Shown piece by piece: positions 13,805 through 33,483 of a stretch of 64,000 nt of DNA. The notes below the pieces were generated by a model. That model was not told where the DNA came from. It saw only the letters and a list, made by a program, of their open reading frames with translations, and did no database searches. Location: the NCBI RefSeq assembly GCF_009914755.1, contig NC_060938.1. One strand, given 5' to 3'. This DNA is from the human T2T-CHM13v2.0 reference genome, Homo sapiens. Each line of letters starts with the position of its first letter. Positions within the stretch are counted from its first letter, which is position 1. A program made the position numbers and the translations under genes.

Positions 13805-14105
13805 TTTTTTTTTTTTTTTGGGATGGAGTCTCACTCTGTTGCCAGGGATGGAGTGTAGTGGAGCAATCATAGCTCACTGCAGCCTCGATCCTCCAGGACT
13901 CAAGCAATCCTCCCAGCTCAGCCTCTGGGTAGGTAGCTGGGACTGCAAGTGTGCACCACCATGCCCAGCTAATTTTTTTTTTTTTTGTAGAGATGAGGTC
14001 TCCCTGTATTGCCTAGACTAGTCTTGAACTCCTGGGCTCCAGCGATCCTCCCGCCTCAGCTTCCCACAGTGCTGGGATTATAGGCATGAGCCTCCGCACC
14101 AGGCC
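13805..14105 (-). mobile_element. Alu (AluJ-like)
   Basis: polyT followed by an antisense Alu body. Confidence 0.85.
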
Positions 14106-14690
14106 GATTTTCTTAAGTGTAGAAGGAGAATACTGCTTCCCTCCTAAGGGCTGTGCTGGGATAAATTAAACGATGTATGTGAAGCACTGACAGCGTAGTC
14201 CTCTCACTCCTACCTTCCCTCTGCTGAATAAAGGCTTCCTGGGGAGTCAGGAAAACCAGCCCAGAGAACCCTGAAGTGGAAGGCATTACAGAGTCCTGGC
14301 CCCTACTAACCAGGTACCCTTGCCAGCCAAGGGACTAGAGCATCAGCAGCATCAGAGGTGTGTGAGAAATGCACATTCTCAGGACTCGCCCAGCCCTACT
14401 CACTCTTCTGCACAAGAAAGTTTCAGAACCACACCCAGGTGCATAGTGCTTGTCTTTACAGCATACCCCTGAGCTATGGAATCCCTCAGCTCTTATGCGG
14501 GTCCCATGAAGTAGGCAGGAGTAGGTATTATTGTGAGCCACAGGGAAGCCAATTCTCATGTTCCCACTGACTCATGTTCCCACATCCCACAGCTGAGCTG
14601 GACTGGAAAGCTGGTGTCTTAAAACCCACCCAGGGTATGCTTCACTCGGCCAGAGGCTTCCCAACCCTGGGAGGCTGAGGAATCTTACCA

Positions 14691-15029
<339 letters not shown>

Positions 15030-15065
15030 TAGAAGTGAGGCAGGGGGCACATGAGGAGAAGCCCG

Positions 15066-15429
15066 CTGCTGTGGTCTGAAGGTCTGTGTTCCTCCAAAAT
15101 TCCCATATTGAAACTTAATCCCCAGTGCAGTGCTGGTGGGAGGTGAGGGCTTTGGGAGGTGACTCAGTCGTGATGTTAGAGCCCTCATGCATGGGACTAA
15201 CGCCCTTAGAAAAGAGGTCTGAGGGAGCTTGTTCCCTCTTCTGCCATGTGAGGATGGAGCTAGAAGGTGCCACCTTTGTCACAGAGCATCAGCCTTCACC
15301 AGACACTGAATCTGCTGGCACCCTGATCTTGGACTTCCCAGCCTCCCAAACTCTGAGCAATACATTTCTCTTGCTTTAAATTACTCAGCTAAAGGCATTT
15401 TGTTACAGCAGCCAGCCCTAACTAAGACA
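15066..15429 (+). mobile_element. MaLR LTR (MLT1A/MST-like)
   Basis: tgtggtctgaa...ccaaaattc...gacttcccagcctcc...ctaagaca. Confidence 0.75.
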
Positions 15430-16450
15430 CCCACCATAGCCTATTTTCTCCTTCCTCCTTGGCATGGTTCATGATTCCAGTAAGTCCAGATTCATCACCC
15501 CGACAGTGTCCCTACAAAACAGTCTACTTCCTTTCTTGGGTACAGAAAGAAATAGGGCACAGAAGTGTTAAGAAACAAGCAAACCACTTCTACACAGCTC
15601 TGGCAGAGGTTCTCGGAGACGCTGAGAGCCCCAGGAGGAGAAAGTCAGACAGATGGGCCCTCTCCCAACCAGGTGCCCAAAGCACGGAGAGCAGCTCATT
15701 GTTTTTCCCGGCACATTAGATATGCCCATCATGGTGCCTGCCACACCCTGTGTCCCTTTCTGGCTAGAACAGCTCAGCCCCAAACCTCTGCTCAGAGAAG
15801 CAGGGCTGGGTGCAACATGTTCTTTGTGGAGAAGCAGGTTCAGACTGGACCATCAACAGGTTTGCTGGTGACCCACAGGGTGACCTGGCCAGCAGAGGCA
15901 AGGGAGCTTAGCTAAGCCAATCAAACCAGCTCACTCCAGGCAGGGCAGTGGGGACTGACCAGTTGGTAATGAGCAGGGCATGAGGCAGACAAACATGCAG
16001 AAAGAAGCGGAGAGGCCTAAGGATGATGAACATGCTGACTGCAGTTGGGGCTGGGGACGGTGGATCCTAGCACAGCCATGGGTCCAGACCAGACTCCAAG
16101 TTCAGCCCATGGGTATCCATAGAGCACATGCCCCTTTTCTTAGTGACACCTGAGAGTGCCTCAGGATTGGCCACTGCTGCCTAATGGCTCCCCCAAGCTA
16201 GTGAGCCAGATGCTTCAACAAGGGGGCTGGAAGGAAGACCTCCTAAACCATCGCTCCCTGCTCCTTACTGCCCCCTATTTTTGTCTTCTAGCCTCAACTA
16301 CACAAAAAGAACCTAAGGGGCAGAGAATACATTTTGTGGTTGACAAAGCATTTGTTTTGTTTGCTCGTTTTTAAAATCTCTGCCACATAGTGCCAGCATA
16401 GTGCCAGGCATAAAGAAGCAATTCCAAAACAAATTCTAAATAAATAAAAA

Positions 16451-16741
16451 GGCCAAGCACAGTGGCTCACACCTGTAATCCAAACACTTTGGGAAGACGA
16501 GGTGGGAGGACTGCTTGCGCCCAGGAGTTCGAGACCAGACTGAGCAAGAAAGTGAGACCCCATCTCTAGAAAACAAAAAACAAAAAACAAAAAAACCCAG
16601 GTGTGATGGTGTCCACCTGTGGTCCCAGCTACTCGGGAGGCTGAGGCAGGAGGATCACTTGAGTCTGGGAGGTTGAGGCTGCACTCCAGCCTGAGTGACA
16701 GAGCAGGACCCTGTCTCAAAAAAAAAAAAAAAAAAAAAAAA
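16451..16741 (+). mobile_element. Alu (AluJ-like)
   Basis: Two arms and A tail. Confidence 0.85.
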
Positions 16742-18494
16742 GCAATTCCATGAGGGGGATCTCCCCCTCACCCCAGAGAGCATAAGAAGGGCTGCATGCC
16801 TGAGGCTTAAGAGCAGGGAGACGTGTCCTGCCACCTGATGCCTCAGACATTGGCAAGAAAAGCTCCTCAATCAACTGATGGTGCCATGCAGCCATGGCCT
16901 GAGGCAGCAGCCCTGGGCCCCATCCTCTTCCTGCTGTGACTCTGTCTGTATGGTGTCTGCCCCAGCAGCTGCCAGGCCACAACTGGAGCCCGAGGGTGCT
17001 GGGACAGCGCTGCTGTTGGAGAACTGGGAAGACAGGCAGGGCCCTCCTCTGGGCACCGGGGGCAGGGGCAGGATAGAGGGATGCAGCAGGCGAGACACCC
17101 AGCACTCACGTGACTCCTAAGCTAGCTCGCCTTGGGTGGGCAAACAGGGAAAAACTTGGTGCCTCCCCAGTACAGCAGTGGAGGTGCTGTGACGCTTACA
17201 GAAAGGAGCAGGCAGGGCACATCCACACTAAAGAACACCCCTTCCCATCACTGTCTGCCTCCCTAGAAAGCCCTAGAAAACATGGAGGAAGTGTGGCTCA
17301 AGACACAGAGTGTCCTGGCCATTAAGAGCACAATTGGGAGGTCAAGTTTGGTTCCAACCCTGCCTTTATCACTAATTACCTGCATGGTGTTGGGGAAGCC
17401 AGTTAGCCTATCTTTGCCTCAGTTTCCTCACCTGTAAAGTGGGGGTGACAGAGGATTCTCAGAGAATTTTTTTTTTAAGATTGTGAGATAAGGTGTAAAA
17501 CCCATAACACAGGGTCTGGCACGCAGAACTTTATTAAATGTTAGCAGAAGCAGCCGTCAAGCTCCCTTAGGGAAGCATGAGATTAGCGAGCCCAGAGCTG
17601 CAGGAGGGGGAATGGAAAGAGCTCTAGGATGTAGAAGGAGGCTTATGTTGGGGAGAGGAAGGAGAGTGGGACAGAGAGATGAAGCCCAAGCCAGCACTTG
17701 GCTGGAATGTTTCAACAAAAAGAGGAAATGCCGCCCCCTGTGGGGCCCAGATGGCTCCTGGAGTCTGGCTACAACCTCAATTCTGGCACAGGTAGGGTGT
17801 GCCTACTAGCGGGCCAGCACCTCATGGGTTAAGGGCAGCTGCCAGCTTGCCTGCCTGCCAGCCAAGCTCCGCATGCTTCAGTGGAAACAGGGCTGCCTCT
17901 GGGTGCCAAATGTTATCACCAGGATCAACCACAGCCCAAAGGACCAGCAGTGCGACCTGAACTTTTCATTAGTAATGAGACTCCACAACGAGGAACAACC
18001 TAATACACCTGAAACCCAAGGCAGACACCCAATCCCCAGGGCCAGGCCAGCTCCAGTTACCAAGCACAGGTCCCAGGAGTGCCCCAGCCCCTCCCACTGC
18101 AGGAAACCAGCATGTGTGGGCCATGTGCACCTCCTGTGGGTTGTGGCAGGAGGTCACCTCTAAAGAGGTCACCCTGTGCAGCCCTCAAACACCAAAAAAG
18201 ACCCCATTCACACAGGGATCCCGGGAGCTGATATGGTTTGGCTGTGTCCTCACCCAAATCTCATCTTCTTTGGTATATGCAGAGATGAGGGGTCAGTGCT
18301 TTAGACTAAGGTCCATGTTGCCTATTATTCAGGGTCAGAGCTGGTATCAGATGATGCCCATCAGCTCAGCCAGGTTGCTGGAGTGACCCTCCAGGGCCAC
18401 CTCTGCAGCCAGGGCACTCTGGAGTAAGGAATCTCTAGGGCTCAAGCAGTGAGGCCATCCACTCCCTCCAGCCTCATCATCTTAACAGTCTCAA

Positions 18495-19560
<1,066 letters not shown>

Positions 19561-19978
19561 ACACATTTCAGTCAAACTCACAGTTCCTAGGAAGAGGGTC
19601 AACAGTACTCTCTCCTTTGTTACAAAAGGGGAACTGCAGCAAGACCCCTCCCTTCTCTCAGGTCTTGTGTGGACCCTCACATGTGCACCTGCATCTGTAC
19701 TGTTTACTGCGTGTCTTCTAGCATCTGGTTTAGTTCCTGGAACATAGTCAGCATTCAATAGCACTTACACTTGTCTGGAGGCGTGAACCTGAAGAATACA
19801 CCAAGAAACTTCTCAAATGCCAGCAAGGCCAACTTCAGAACTCCCTGCTCCTATGTGATGCTGAGATCTCTATACACTGAATAAATGGCATGCGTAAAGC
19901 CCACCGTCCCTGTGTAGGTAGTAGGTACATAGTAAGTATATGGAGTAGATAATCAGGATCAGTGTTCCCCTTCCCCAC

Positions 19979-20205
19979 TTTTTTTTTTTTTTTTTTTTTT
20001 TTTTTGAGACAGGGTCTCACTCTGTCACCCAGGCTGGAGTACAGTGGTACGATCTCGGCTCACTGCAACCTCCACCTCCTGTGTTAAAGTGATTCTCCTG
20101 CCTCAGGCTCCCAAGTTAGCTGGGACTACAGGCGTGCTCTACCACACCCAGCTAATTTTTGTATTTTTAGTAGAGACGGGGTTTCACCATGTTGACCAGG
20201 CTGGG
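19979..20205 (-). mobile_element. Truncated Alu
   Basis: Long polyT followed by an antisense Alu. Confidence 0.85.
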
Positions 20206-21110
20206 TCTTCCCCTTGCTTTTCCCACTGCCTTGTGCACAGACCTCCCTAGAGCCTTGGTGACATGTGCAGTGTGCTCCAGCCACCCCATCTCGCTCCCCA
20301 TTGGCAGCCCCTGGAACTGGGTCTCGCCTCCCTAAGCCTGCTACTTAGGCCAGCGGGCACCACAGAGGCAGCCAAGACCCACCAGGCTACTGACCACTCA
20401 CTCCTCCAGCCTCCTTCTCAGGCAGGGCTGTGCTGACTGGTAGCAAAAGGTTCAGGGAAGAAAAGACTAGGACATAGAAACTCAGGAGCAAACATCTTAG
20501 AAAGAAGGGGGCTTCCAGATGCACCTGCCCTCACCCAGAGCCAGCAAAGCAATCTCCTGGCAAGGGGCTTCTTGAACTTCAGCTGGTGTGACCATGGTGT
20601 GGCCACTCCAGCTGGCCCCAGCAAGGCTGAAGAGTAGCAGCCCCACTGGAGGTGTTCTCCACAGCACCTCCTACAGGGAAGAGGATGTGTGCTTCCCCCA
20701 CACCCAGGGCCCCTGGAGAATCCTGCCTAGTCTTCAAGACTCCACTCAAATGTCACTTCCTCTTCAAAGCCTTCACCAGCCTCCCCGGGAGGGATTTCTC
20801 ACTCCTCTGTGATTCCAAAGCATCCTGACATTTCTTTTGCATAATATTCTGCTTGTTTGGATGTCTGGTTCCCAGCTACACTGTAAGCTCCCAGAGGGCA
20901 AAGCAGCATCCTGTTCACTTCAGACTCTCACTGCCTGGCAGCAGGTAGATCACTAAATATTATTCAACAAAGTAGAGTAAATGAAAGCAAAAATGAATGA
21001 GCAAGTGAGACGAATAAATGGATGAATGAAGTCAGTACATATCTAGAGAAAAGATGGGCAAAGAGAAAATTTTAATCAGGGAAGAGCAATTAGAAAATAA
21101 CCCACTTTTA

Positions 21111-22350
<1,240 letters not shown>

Positions 22351-23242
22351 CAGGGCTGGTGATTAGCCCCTTCCTCCTCAGTGGGAGGAATTACGTGTCC
22401 AGGAAGCCCTGTGTTCCCCTTGACAAAGCTCACTGACCAGAGAGAAGAGCCAAGGAGAGGGCAGAGGCCTATACAGAAAACTGGCAGTTTCACAGGGAAA
22501 CTGGTGCAAAGATTGGATTACAGAAGAAGGCACTCTGAGAAGAGCTGGCAATCAGGGTAGAAGGATAATGGCCAAATATCAGCTTTCATGTTATAAAGCT
22601 CATCACCAGCCTGTCTGGGGAGCGGGGAGAAGGAAGGAGGAGGAGGAAGGAACAGAAACCAGGGAGTGCAGGTAGGCGGGAGGAACCGGTGCTCCCAGCT
22701 GTGGGTGCATCTGCGGATCTGTGGCACAGATGCACAGCAGCGGAAACCCTCCGCGGGCTTCAGATATGTTCCTTCCCAAGGTCATGTCCTTGGGGAAGGG
22801 GTGGGAGGCCGAGTCTGTGCCTGTGTCAGGAGGAGAAACAGAGGCCTGAGGCAGAGCGACACCTAGCAGGGGCCCAAGCCTTGAGGCAAAGCCACCCCAT
22901 CCTCTCCTCTCAGGTCACCCCACTGCTTCACACCTCCTCACCACCTCACTCTTCCTTCTCAGACCCTGGCACTGCCAGGGAAAGGGGGGTACTAGAGCAG
23001 AAACTGAAATGAAACACAGCTTCCTATGCACTCCCTTGGAATGTAAGCCAGCTCCTTGGTTTCTGTCTGTTTTGGTCACCACTGTGTCCCCAAATCTTAG
23101 CATGGCACCTGGCATGTAGTTGGTGTTCAGCAAATAGCGCCTGAACGACTGAGTGCACAAGTGATGGATACACAGGATGACCTCCTAGCTCACTGACAGT
23201 GTATTCATCTCTACAGCATTCTTATAGCTAGGAATAATAATA

Positions 23243-23447
<205 letters not shown>

Positions 23448-24182
23448 CTATTATTTTATCGAGGGCTCTGCCAAGTGCTTTATATGCGCTAGGCTCTATA
23501 ATCTTCACAACAACCTTTAAGAAAGACTCTGTTACCATCTTCAATTTACAGATGCAGAAACGAAGCACAAAGATGTCATCAAAGTGTCTGAAGGTCACAG
23601 GGCCAGTAAGGCCATGGGAAATGTGCATGTTAATCTGGGCTCTTTCCATTCTGCTCATTGCTTCTCACCTTCCCTTCCTTTCTAGGTACCAGGGGAACAG
23701 AGTAGGTAGAGACTGGTCTCAGGCTGCCTGAAGGCTGACACAGACCCAGCCCTGACCCTCTCACAACGTCACACTGCATTTGCCCCCAGCTCCTCTCAGT
23801 CTAGAAACCTGCAAACCCCAGGATCCTAGTGTCTAAGCACAGGCCCCAGTGTCTGTTAGGTCACCCCATTCCAGGCTTGGATCTAGCCCCACCCCCTCCC
23901 TCACCATCTCCCACCTCCTCAGTCAAAAGCAAAGTCAAGACAGGCAGCCAAGCCAGTCCCAGCAGAACTCCTTGAGAAAGGTGACATAGCAGCAGCAACC
24001 CAGCCTGAGAAAGTGCCCTGAAGCCACAGCAGCCCAACCTGTCCAACCAGATCACCCTCCTCCTCACCCAGAAGGAGTGTAGCCTGGAGGGTGGCTTTCA
24101 AAACAAAAGGTCCAGGGACTAGGTGACAGGTCTACTCAGGGAAGACTAAGGATGGGAGGGAGAAAACCAACTCCTGAGGGAG

Positions 24183-24484
24183 TGAGGTAGCTCACGCCTA
24201 TAATCCCAGCATTTTGGAAGGCTGAGGCTGGTGGATCACGAGTCCAGGAGTTCGAGACCAGCCTGGTCAACATAGTGAAACCCCATCTCTACAAAACATA
24301 CAAACATTAGCTGAATGTGGTGGCATGCACCTGTAGTCCCAGCTACTTGAGAGGCTGAGGTGGGAGGATTGCGTTTAGGAGATCGAGGCTGCAGTGAGCC
24401 GTGATTGTGCCACCACCACACTCCAGACTGGGTGACAGAGTGAAACCTAGTCTCAAAAAAAAAAAAATAGAAAAGAAAAGAAAA
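24183..24484 (+). mobile_element. Alu (AluJ-like)
   Basis: Two arms and A tail; flanked by aaaaccaac...ctcctgag. Confidence 0.85.
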
Positions 24485-26426
24485 CCAACAACTCCTGAGC
24501 AGTCTCTTCAGTTTCCATTTGTGGTTTACATCATCTCACTCCTGGCCACCATGCAGAAAGGTCCTCAAAGGTCCCCTGAACATAGATGTCCATGTATGAC
24601 ATCTTCTCCCTACCTGGTCATGGCACAGGTCCCATAAGATTCTTTCAGAAGTTGCCAGGTTGATTGGCTTGAACCACTCCCCATTCTGGAGGGAAAGTAG
24701 AACAACTGACTGTGTGGAAGTTGGTGTTGGTACCACTGGGGGTGAGGGGCCATTCAGAGGTTCCTTCATGCCCAGATACTACTGCAGCCCCTGACTAGTC
24801 TCCCTGCTTCAAGTCTTAACCCCTTCTTCCAGCCAACCTCATTAGTACCCTACTCAAAACCCCTCCTACCATTGCTAAGGCTCATGTTCCACCTCCTTGG
24901 CCAGGCTCTCAATGCCCTCTGCCAACTGGTCCCTGCATTCATTCATTAATTTAACAACAGGCATTGAATCTGCCTGGCCCTGTACTAGGGACTATAAAAA
25001 CAATGAGGAATAAGATTTGGTCGCACCATCAAGGCACTTATAATTTGGGAGACAGAGAGAGAAACAGAAGAATCTTCTCACTTTCCTGAAGAATCCCTTC
25101 TGTTGCATCTAAACTGCCTAGAGCCCCACGGACACCTACTCAATCCCACCTCTGTTATCTCTGCTCATGTTACTCCATCTGCTCCCTTCTGCTGCAGGAA
25201 CTGACGAGCAGCCCACACTGAGGCCTAGCTTCAGCCTTCCCTGCCGGTTCTAGTCCACAGGGGCCTCTCTCTTCCCCAGCCTCCGACAGCATGGAGTCGT
25301 GGGAATAGCACTCACCCATCCCATCCATCGCCATTCTCCGGCTGCCTCATGGTACATCTTGCATCATAATTTAGCTTCTGATACCCACTGTGAGACCTTC
25401 ATTAAGAGTAACTGCAATGATCATAATCCATCCTTTACATTTGAAGAGTGATTCACCAAGTTCTTTCAGATATCTCATTTTGGCACTAGCTCTTTGTTTT
25501 TTGTTTTTCCCTTTGTCTTGCCTCCCCATCTAGGTTATGGGCTTCTGTGGGCAGAAAACGTAGACTGCAATATGTCTCTAAAATGCCTGGCACAGAGCTT
25601 GGTAGTGAATGCTCAATTAATTTGTTTAAGGTAGTATTTTGGGGACCCCTTCGCACCAACCCCCAGCCAGGCCAGCACAGCTGCACAGAAAGGAAATGCC
25701 TGTGGCAGAGCCAGTGGCAGGGCCACCTGCTGGTCTGCTGGCCAGAAAGACGAAAAGGATAGGGGGAGGGACAGTCAGTGTCTCAGTCTACCAGGGAGGC
25801 CTCTCACTGCTCCCTGGCGGGTTCTTCTCTAGAAGATCGCAGGCCGTTAAAGTGGAGTACACAGTAAATCACAAAAGTACTGGCCTAGGTGATATCCACA
25901 TGAGCCAAGAAGCCAAACTATCTTGGCAATAACTGGTGAATTACCTTGTTTTCTTAATTCACAAAAAAAGCCCCTGGGAAAGGTGCCTCGATCAGTGGCC
26001 AGCATGGTCATGTAATGTGTTTTAGGTAATGCACAATTTGAGAACAGTGACTGTAGGTATTATTCATCTTGGAATCTCTCGGTCTCAGTGCAGAGCCTGG
26101 CATACAGGACACGCATTTTTTAAAAATAAGCGAATGACTATGACTTGGTAGCACTCATTTCGTTGGCTCCTTGATTTGTCTCCTGGCTGCCCCTTCTACC
26201 TCCTTGAGAAACTGTCCATATCACTTAAGGAAAAAGCTTTTCTTGACCATCCAACTCTTTCCTTTAAGTTTTAGTTAATGCTGAAAAACACGCCCAAGAT
26301 AAGGGAGAATCCCAAGTCCCTTAATAAGCTTTAAATAAGAAAGCATTTAAGATACCCAGTGGGGCAGATTTTAAAAGGCTGGTGTGAAGAAAGACAGGTT
26401 TCTTTCTATTCCATGGAATCCAAACT

Positions 26427-26496
26427 CCTAGAGTCCTCTGTGTCCTGTGGAAAGGGGGACCCTAGAGAATCCTCTGTGTCCTGTAGAAAGGGGAAC
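26427..26496. repeat. Two-copy 34/36-bp tandem duplication
   Basis: cctagag(aa)tcctctgtgtcctgt(g/a)gaaagggg(g/a)ac twice. Confidence 0.85.
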
Positions 26497-28821
26497 CCGG
26501 GTGTCAGAAGCGGAGGAAGAAATCTGGGAGCCATCTTTAGGTTTTAGGCCAATATACCAAGGGCCTTGAGGGGAGACAGTGCTGCAGAGACACCCCTACT
26601 CAGTTCACTGATTCACCTATGTGCCCAAAGTGGTCTGCCCTGGAGGGTTTCAGGAAGTCCCTGTGACCTATTTAGTGTTCACCTATTAGCAGAAGGTGTC
26701 TAAGAAGGGAGATTACAAGGGGAAGGGACAAGGAGAAGGGTGGATGATTAGAGGTGTGAGGCAATGGACTCTCTTTAAGGAGAGCACGAGCCTCAGAGGG
26801 CCATCCTGGTATTTTAGAAAGAGGGGTGCCCTCAAAAAGGAGGGTATGTGTCTCCCAGGGGAGGCTGCCTCCCACAGCACTAAGCAGGAGTCCCAGAGCT
26901 TCTGAAATGAGGTGGTTGAATGAAGCCCTCAAAGGGAAAAGTCCATGTCACCTATAGGACTTGGAATGGGACTAGGAGAGCAGGTGCAAACAACAGCTCT
27001 TCAGGCCAAAGCCAGGGCCTCCCAGGCAGCCCACAGCTCTCTGGAGATAGCTCAGTAGTTCCAAGCACCAGGCCTCTCCCAAAAATAGCCACTCCTAGTT
27101 TCCTTAAGGGATAACCCACCGCCCTTTGTCCCTGAGCCCACAACCTGTCCTCATACACCATCTGGTTCCTCTGCCACTTCCTCCATCACGCCCATGCCTT
27201 TCTCCTGCACCTGCCTCTTCCCCAAGTCCTCCCGGCAGGCACAAAGCCTTAGTGTCTATAGGCTCCCCTTCTTTCTGCAATGTCTCTCATCCAAACCATG
27301 GCTCAGCCCAAGCTCCTGGGTTTCCTAAGAGTTGGCCTTACAGCTCCTCTGAGAAAGACGGACAAGTTCTGTTCCCTGACCCTAAGTCCTGTTGTTTCAC
27401 CCTTCAAGTTGGTGAAACAAAGAGAGGAGACCCTAAAAGCTCAATGATAATGGCAATAGCAGTAAGAACAATCAGCATTTATCGAGCTTCACCATGTGTC
27501 TGGCTGTGCTAAGCACTTAACAATCGTTATCTCATTTAATCTTGACAACAACTTGGCAGGTAGGTGCAATTATTATACCCGTTCTACAGATGAGAAACTA
27601 AATAAAGCTCAGAAGTTTAGGCAATATTCAAGGTTGCTTTGCCCCACAGTGAGGTCTCAGGTCTCTTGGACAATAAAGCTGGCTTCTTAACCAGAAGGTT
27701 CTGTTCCTCCTGGCTGTATCTATCTGCTCCTACTTCTCTCTCAGCAAGGAATGTGTGTTGGGGGGAGGGGGGATGGTGTGGACATGAATCCTCAAGAGGA
27801 AGCTGAGAGCTGGTGCCCATCCCTGATGGCAGCAGGGACTTCTAGGAGAGCATTCCAAATGGATGACCAGCCAGCCAGCAGGTGTTTCCAGGGGCCTGGG
27901 CAATGCAGAGGCTACTCCAGGGCTGACCCGGGTAGCAGCTGAGGATGAAATTCCCTCTACTCAGACTTCTCAGGGAGGGGGCCCCTCACAGCCTAGAAGC
28001 GGGAGACTGACTGTCTCAGAGGGGAGGCCATGGACCCATTCCTAGAATAAGTGACCCCATCATAGTGCTGTCTGGGATGCCACCGGGTCTTGTCCCTCTA
28101 ACCACAGGCTCCAGCACTGCCAGATGAGAGATGCCCTCAGGCGGGTCCTGCCTGCCTTCTGACCCCTTGGTCTGGGCAGGTATTCCTGACACTCCTCCAT
28201 CCTCTTTAGCCTCCCTCAGAACAGATGTCTCCTCTTCCCAGGCGCAGGGGCTCCTCACCCTATCTGTGTCCTCCCCCAGGTGTCCCACCTTGCGGCTTAC
28301 CTTCCCAACTCTGCCCTGGAAACTCGATCCCTGTGGCCCCTCCGTACGTCCTCTCTTCCCCCCCTCGCCCCCCGCCGGCTCCACCTTGGGTCACCACAGA
28401 ACCAAGGGCGCCTCAGTGACTCCGGTCTCCACCCTGACCCCCTTTTCCGTAGCAGAAGCTTTACTTCCCCTCCCCCTGGGGGTGTGGGGATGTTATTCCA
28501 GCGGCTACGATTCTTGCTACCCCAGCTCGGGGTACCCAGGCCTACACCAGCTCCCCTCACCCCCGGTTTCTCGGTTTGATGGGACGGAAGGCTTCCCGGC
28601 AAGAGGCGGGAGACCCCACCCCTGGTCCGGACGGCAGGCAGCAGGGACACCCTCACCTGCCAAAACCTATGCTCACCCCGAGATTTATCCCGGACTCCGG
28701 CCTCCGGCGCCACCGCCTCCAGCCGGAGGGGCTGGCAATTCCTCCCCAGCTGGGGACGGGGGCGGCGGGGAAAGGGGCCGCGGGCGGGGAGGGAGGGGCG
28801 CCCCGGGCCACCGCCCCTTAC

Positions 28822-28945
28822 CGATGGTGGAGATGTGCGAGGAGTGGAACTCGTTGTCGGTGAAGCGGCACAGCAGGCAGGTCTTGCCCACCCCGGAGTC
28901 CCCGATCAGCAGCAGCCGGAACAGCACATCGTACTGCTTCGCCAT
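28822..28945 (-). CDS. RAB15: RAB15 coding exon 1 (Rab GTPase N-terminus, P-loop)
   Basis: ATG at 28945 (gtcATGg); encodes [41 protein letters not shown]+G; G1 motif GDSGVGKT; donor G|GTAAGG; 124 nt. Confidence 0.98.
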
Positions 28946-28988
28946 GACTGGGGCCAGCGGGGCCGGGAACTGCGGGCGGGCAGCGGGC

Positions 28989-29012
28989 TCAGCCCTGCTC
29001 CGCCGCTGCCAT
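28989..29012 (-). other. Putative uORF MAAAEQG* in RAB15 leader
   Basis: gccgcgATGg (-3 G, +4 G); TGA at 28991-28989, 43 nt before the main ATG. Confidence 0.6.
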
Positions 29013-30097
29013 CGCGGCCCGCGCCCGCCCGGGGACGCTGCGGGCGGCGAGGAGGACGCCGGGCCCGGCCCCCGCGGCTGCCTCGCCCGCCCGCCTGCCC
29101 ACTCGCTCGCTGGGTGCCGGGAAGCGCGGCTGCGGCGGGAGCCCGGCGCGGCGCCCGCTCGGCTCGGCTCGGCTCGGCTGGGCTGGCGCGAGGCGGTGGG
29201 AGGAGAAACCGGCGGCGGCCCCTGCCCGCCCCTTCCCCTGCGCCGCCGCCGCCGCCCCGGAGAGAGGGGGCGGGGAGCGCGCGCAGGAGAGCGGGACCCC
29301 ATCGAGCAGGCGACGCTGGGGCGGGGCGCCAGCCCCCCCTCCCAACCCCTTCCTGCCCGGGGCGGGGGAACGTTTTCGTTTTTCCGCGGACGCTCCGAAT
29401 GGGGGAGTTGAGGTGAGCCCCCACCCAGCCCACTTCTACCGTGCTCCGCTTTCCGGGCTCACCACTTCTCCCCATATCCCACCCCAAGTCTGGCGCCGGT
29501 AATTCCGCCCGCCGTGGCACCCTGCATCTGCAGGATCTGGCCGGGCTCCCCAGTGGCTGGTACCTCAGCTGGGCTCACCCGAGGTAGGAAGGCCTTGAGC
29601 AGGATCTGGATTCGAACACCCGTCTCCATGAGTCCCCGAGAGTGTGGGTGGAATTCCCCCTCCCTGCCATCTGGCTGCCCCTTACCTGTGTGACTGTGTC
29701 ACGGCCCTCCCCCGTCCCCATTTTTTCTTTAAATGGGGAAAATGCCTATTCACGGCCTCCACCAGGGTGAAAAGATAGATGGCCATAAGAACATCTCCAA
29801 GTGCAAAATCCTTTAGAGGTGTGCGGGCAAGTCTCCGTTTTCCCTCTAAGGTGCTTAGGATAGGTGCCCAGGTGACCAATGTATTGTTTCAGACCCCTAA
29901 ATTTCTCTGTGGTATAGCCAGTGGCACCAAAGAATGAATGGCCCTTGTTCAAGATCCAGTTTCCTACCACTGAATGTGTTAGCACCGGAGAGAGGCAAAT
30001 GAATGCTCTCCGGAGTTGAGAAAATTGCCTATCCCTACCAACGAGTATTGAGGGAGAGCAAAGTCTAGCCTATTAGGTCTTTAAAAAGCAATGAAAG

Positions 30098-33483
<3,386 letters not shown>

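Larger units (their letters stand above)
28340..29530 (-). promoter_or_regulatory. RAB15: RAB15 CpG-island promoter/5'UTR with GC boxes
   Basis: Very high GC and CpG density; GGGGCGGGG at 29267-29275, 29318-29326 and 29359-29367; short (GGCTC)n run ~29156-29180. Confidence 0.9.

Noticed and set aside
28131-29411. 426-aa plus-strand ORF and overlapping ~200-aa ORFs
   Set aside because: Pro/Gly/Arg/Ala-rich products of a stop-poor CpG island overlapping RAB15 exon 1; no recognisable domain
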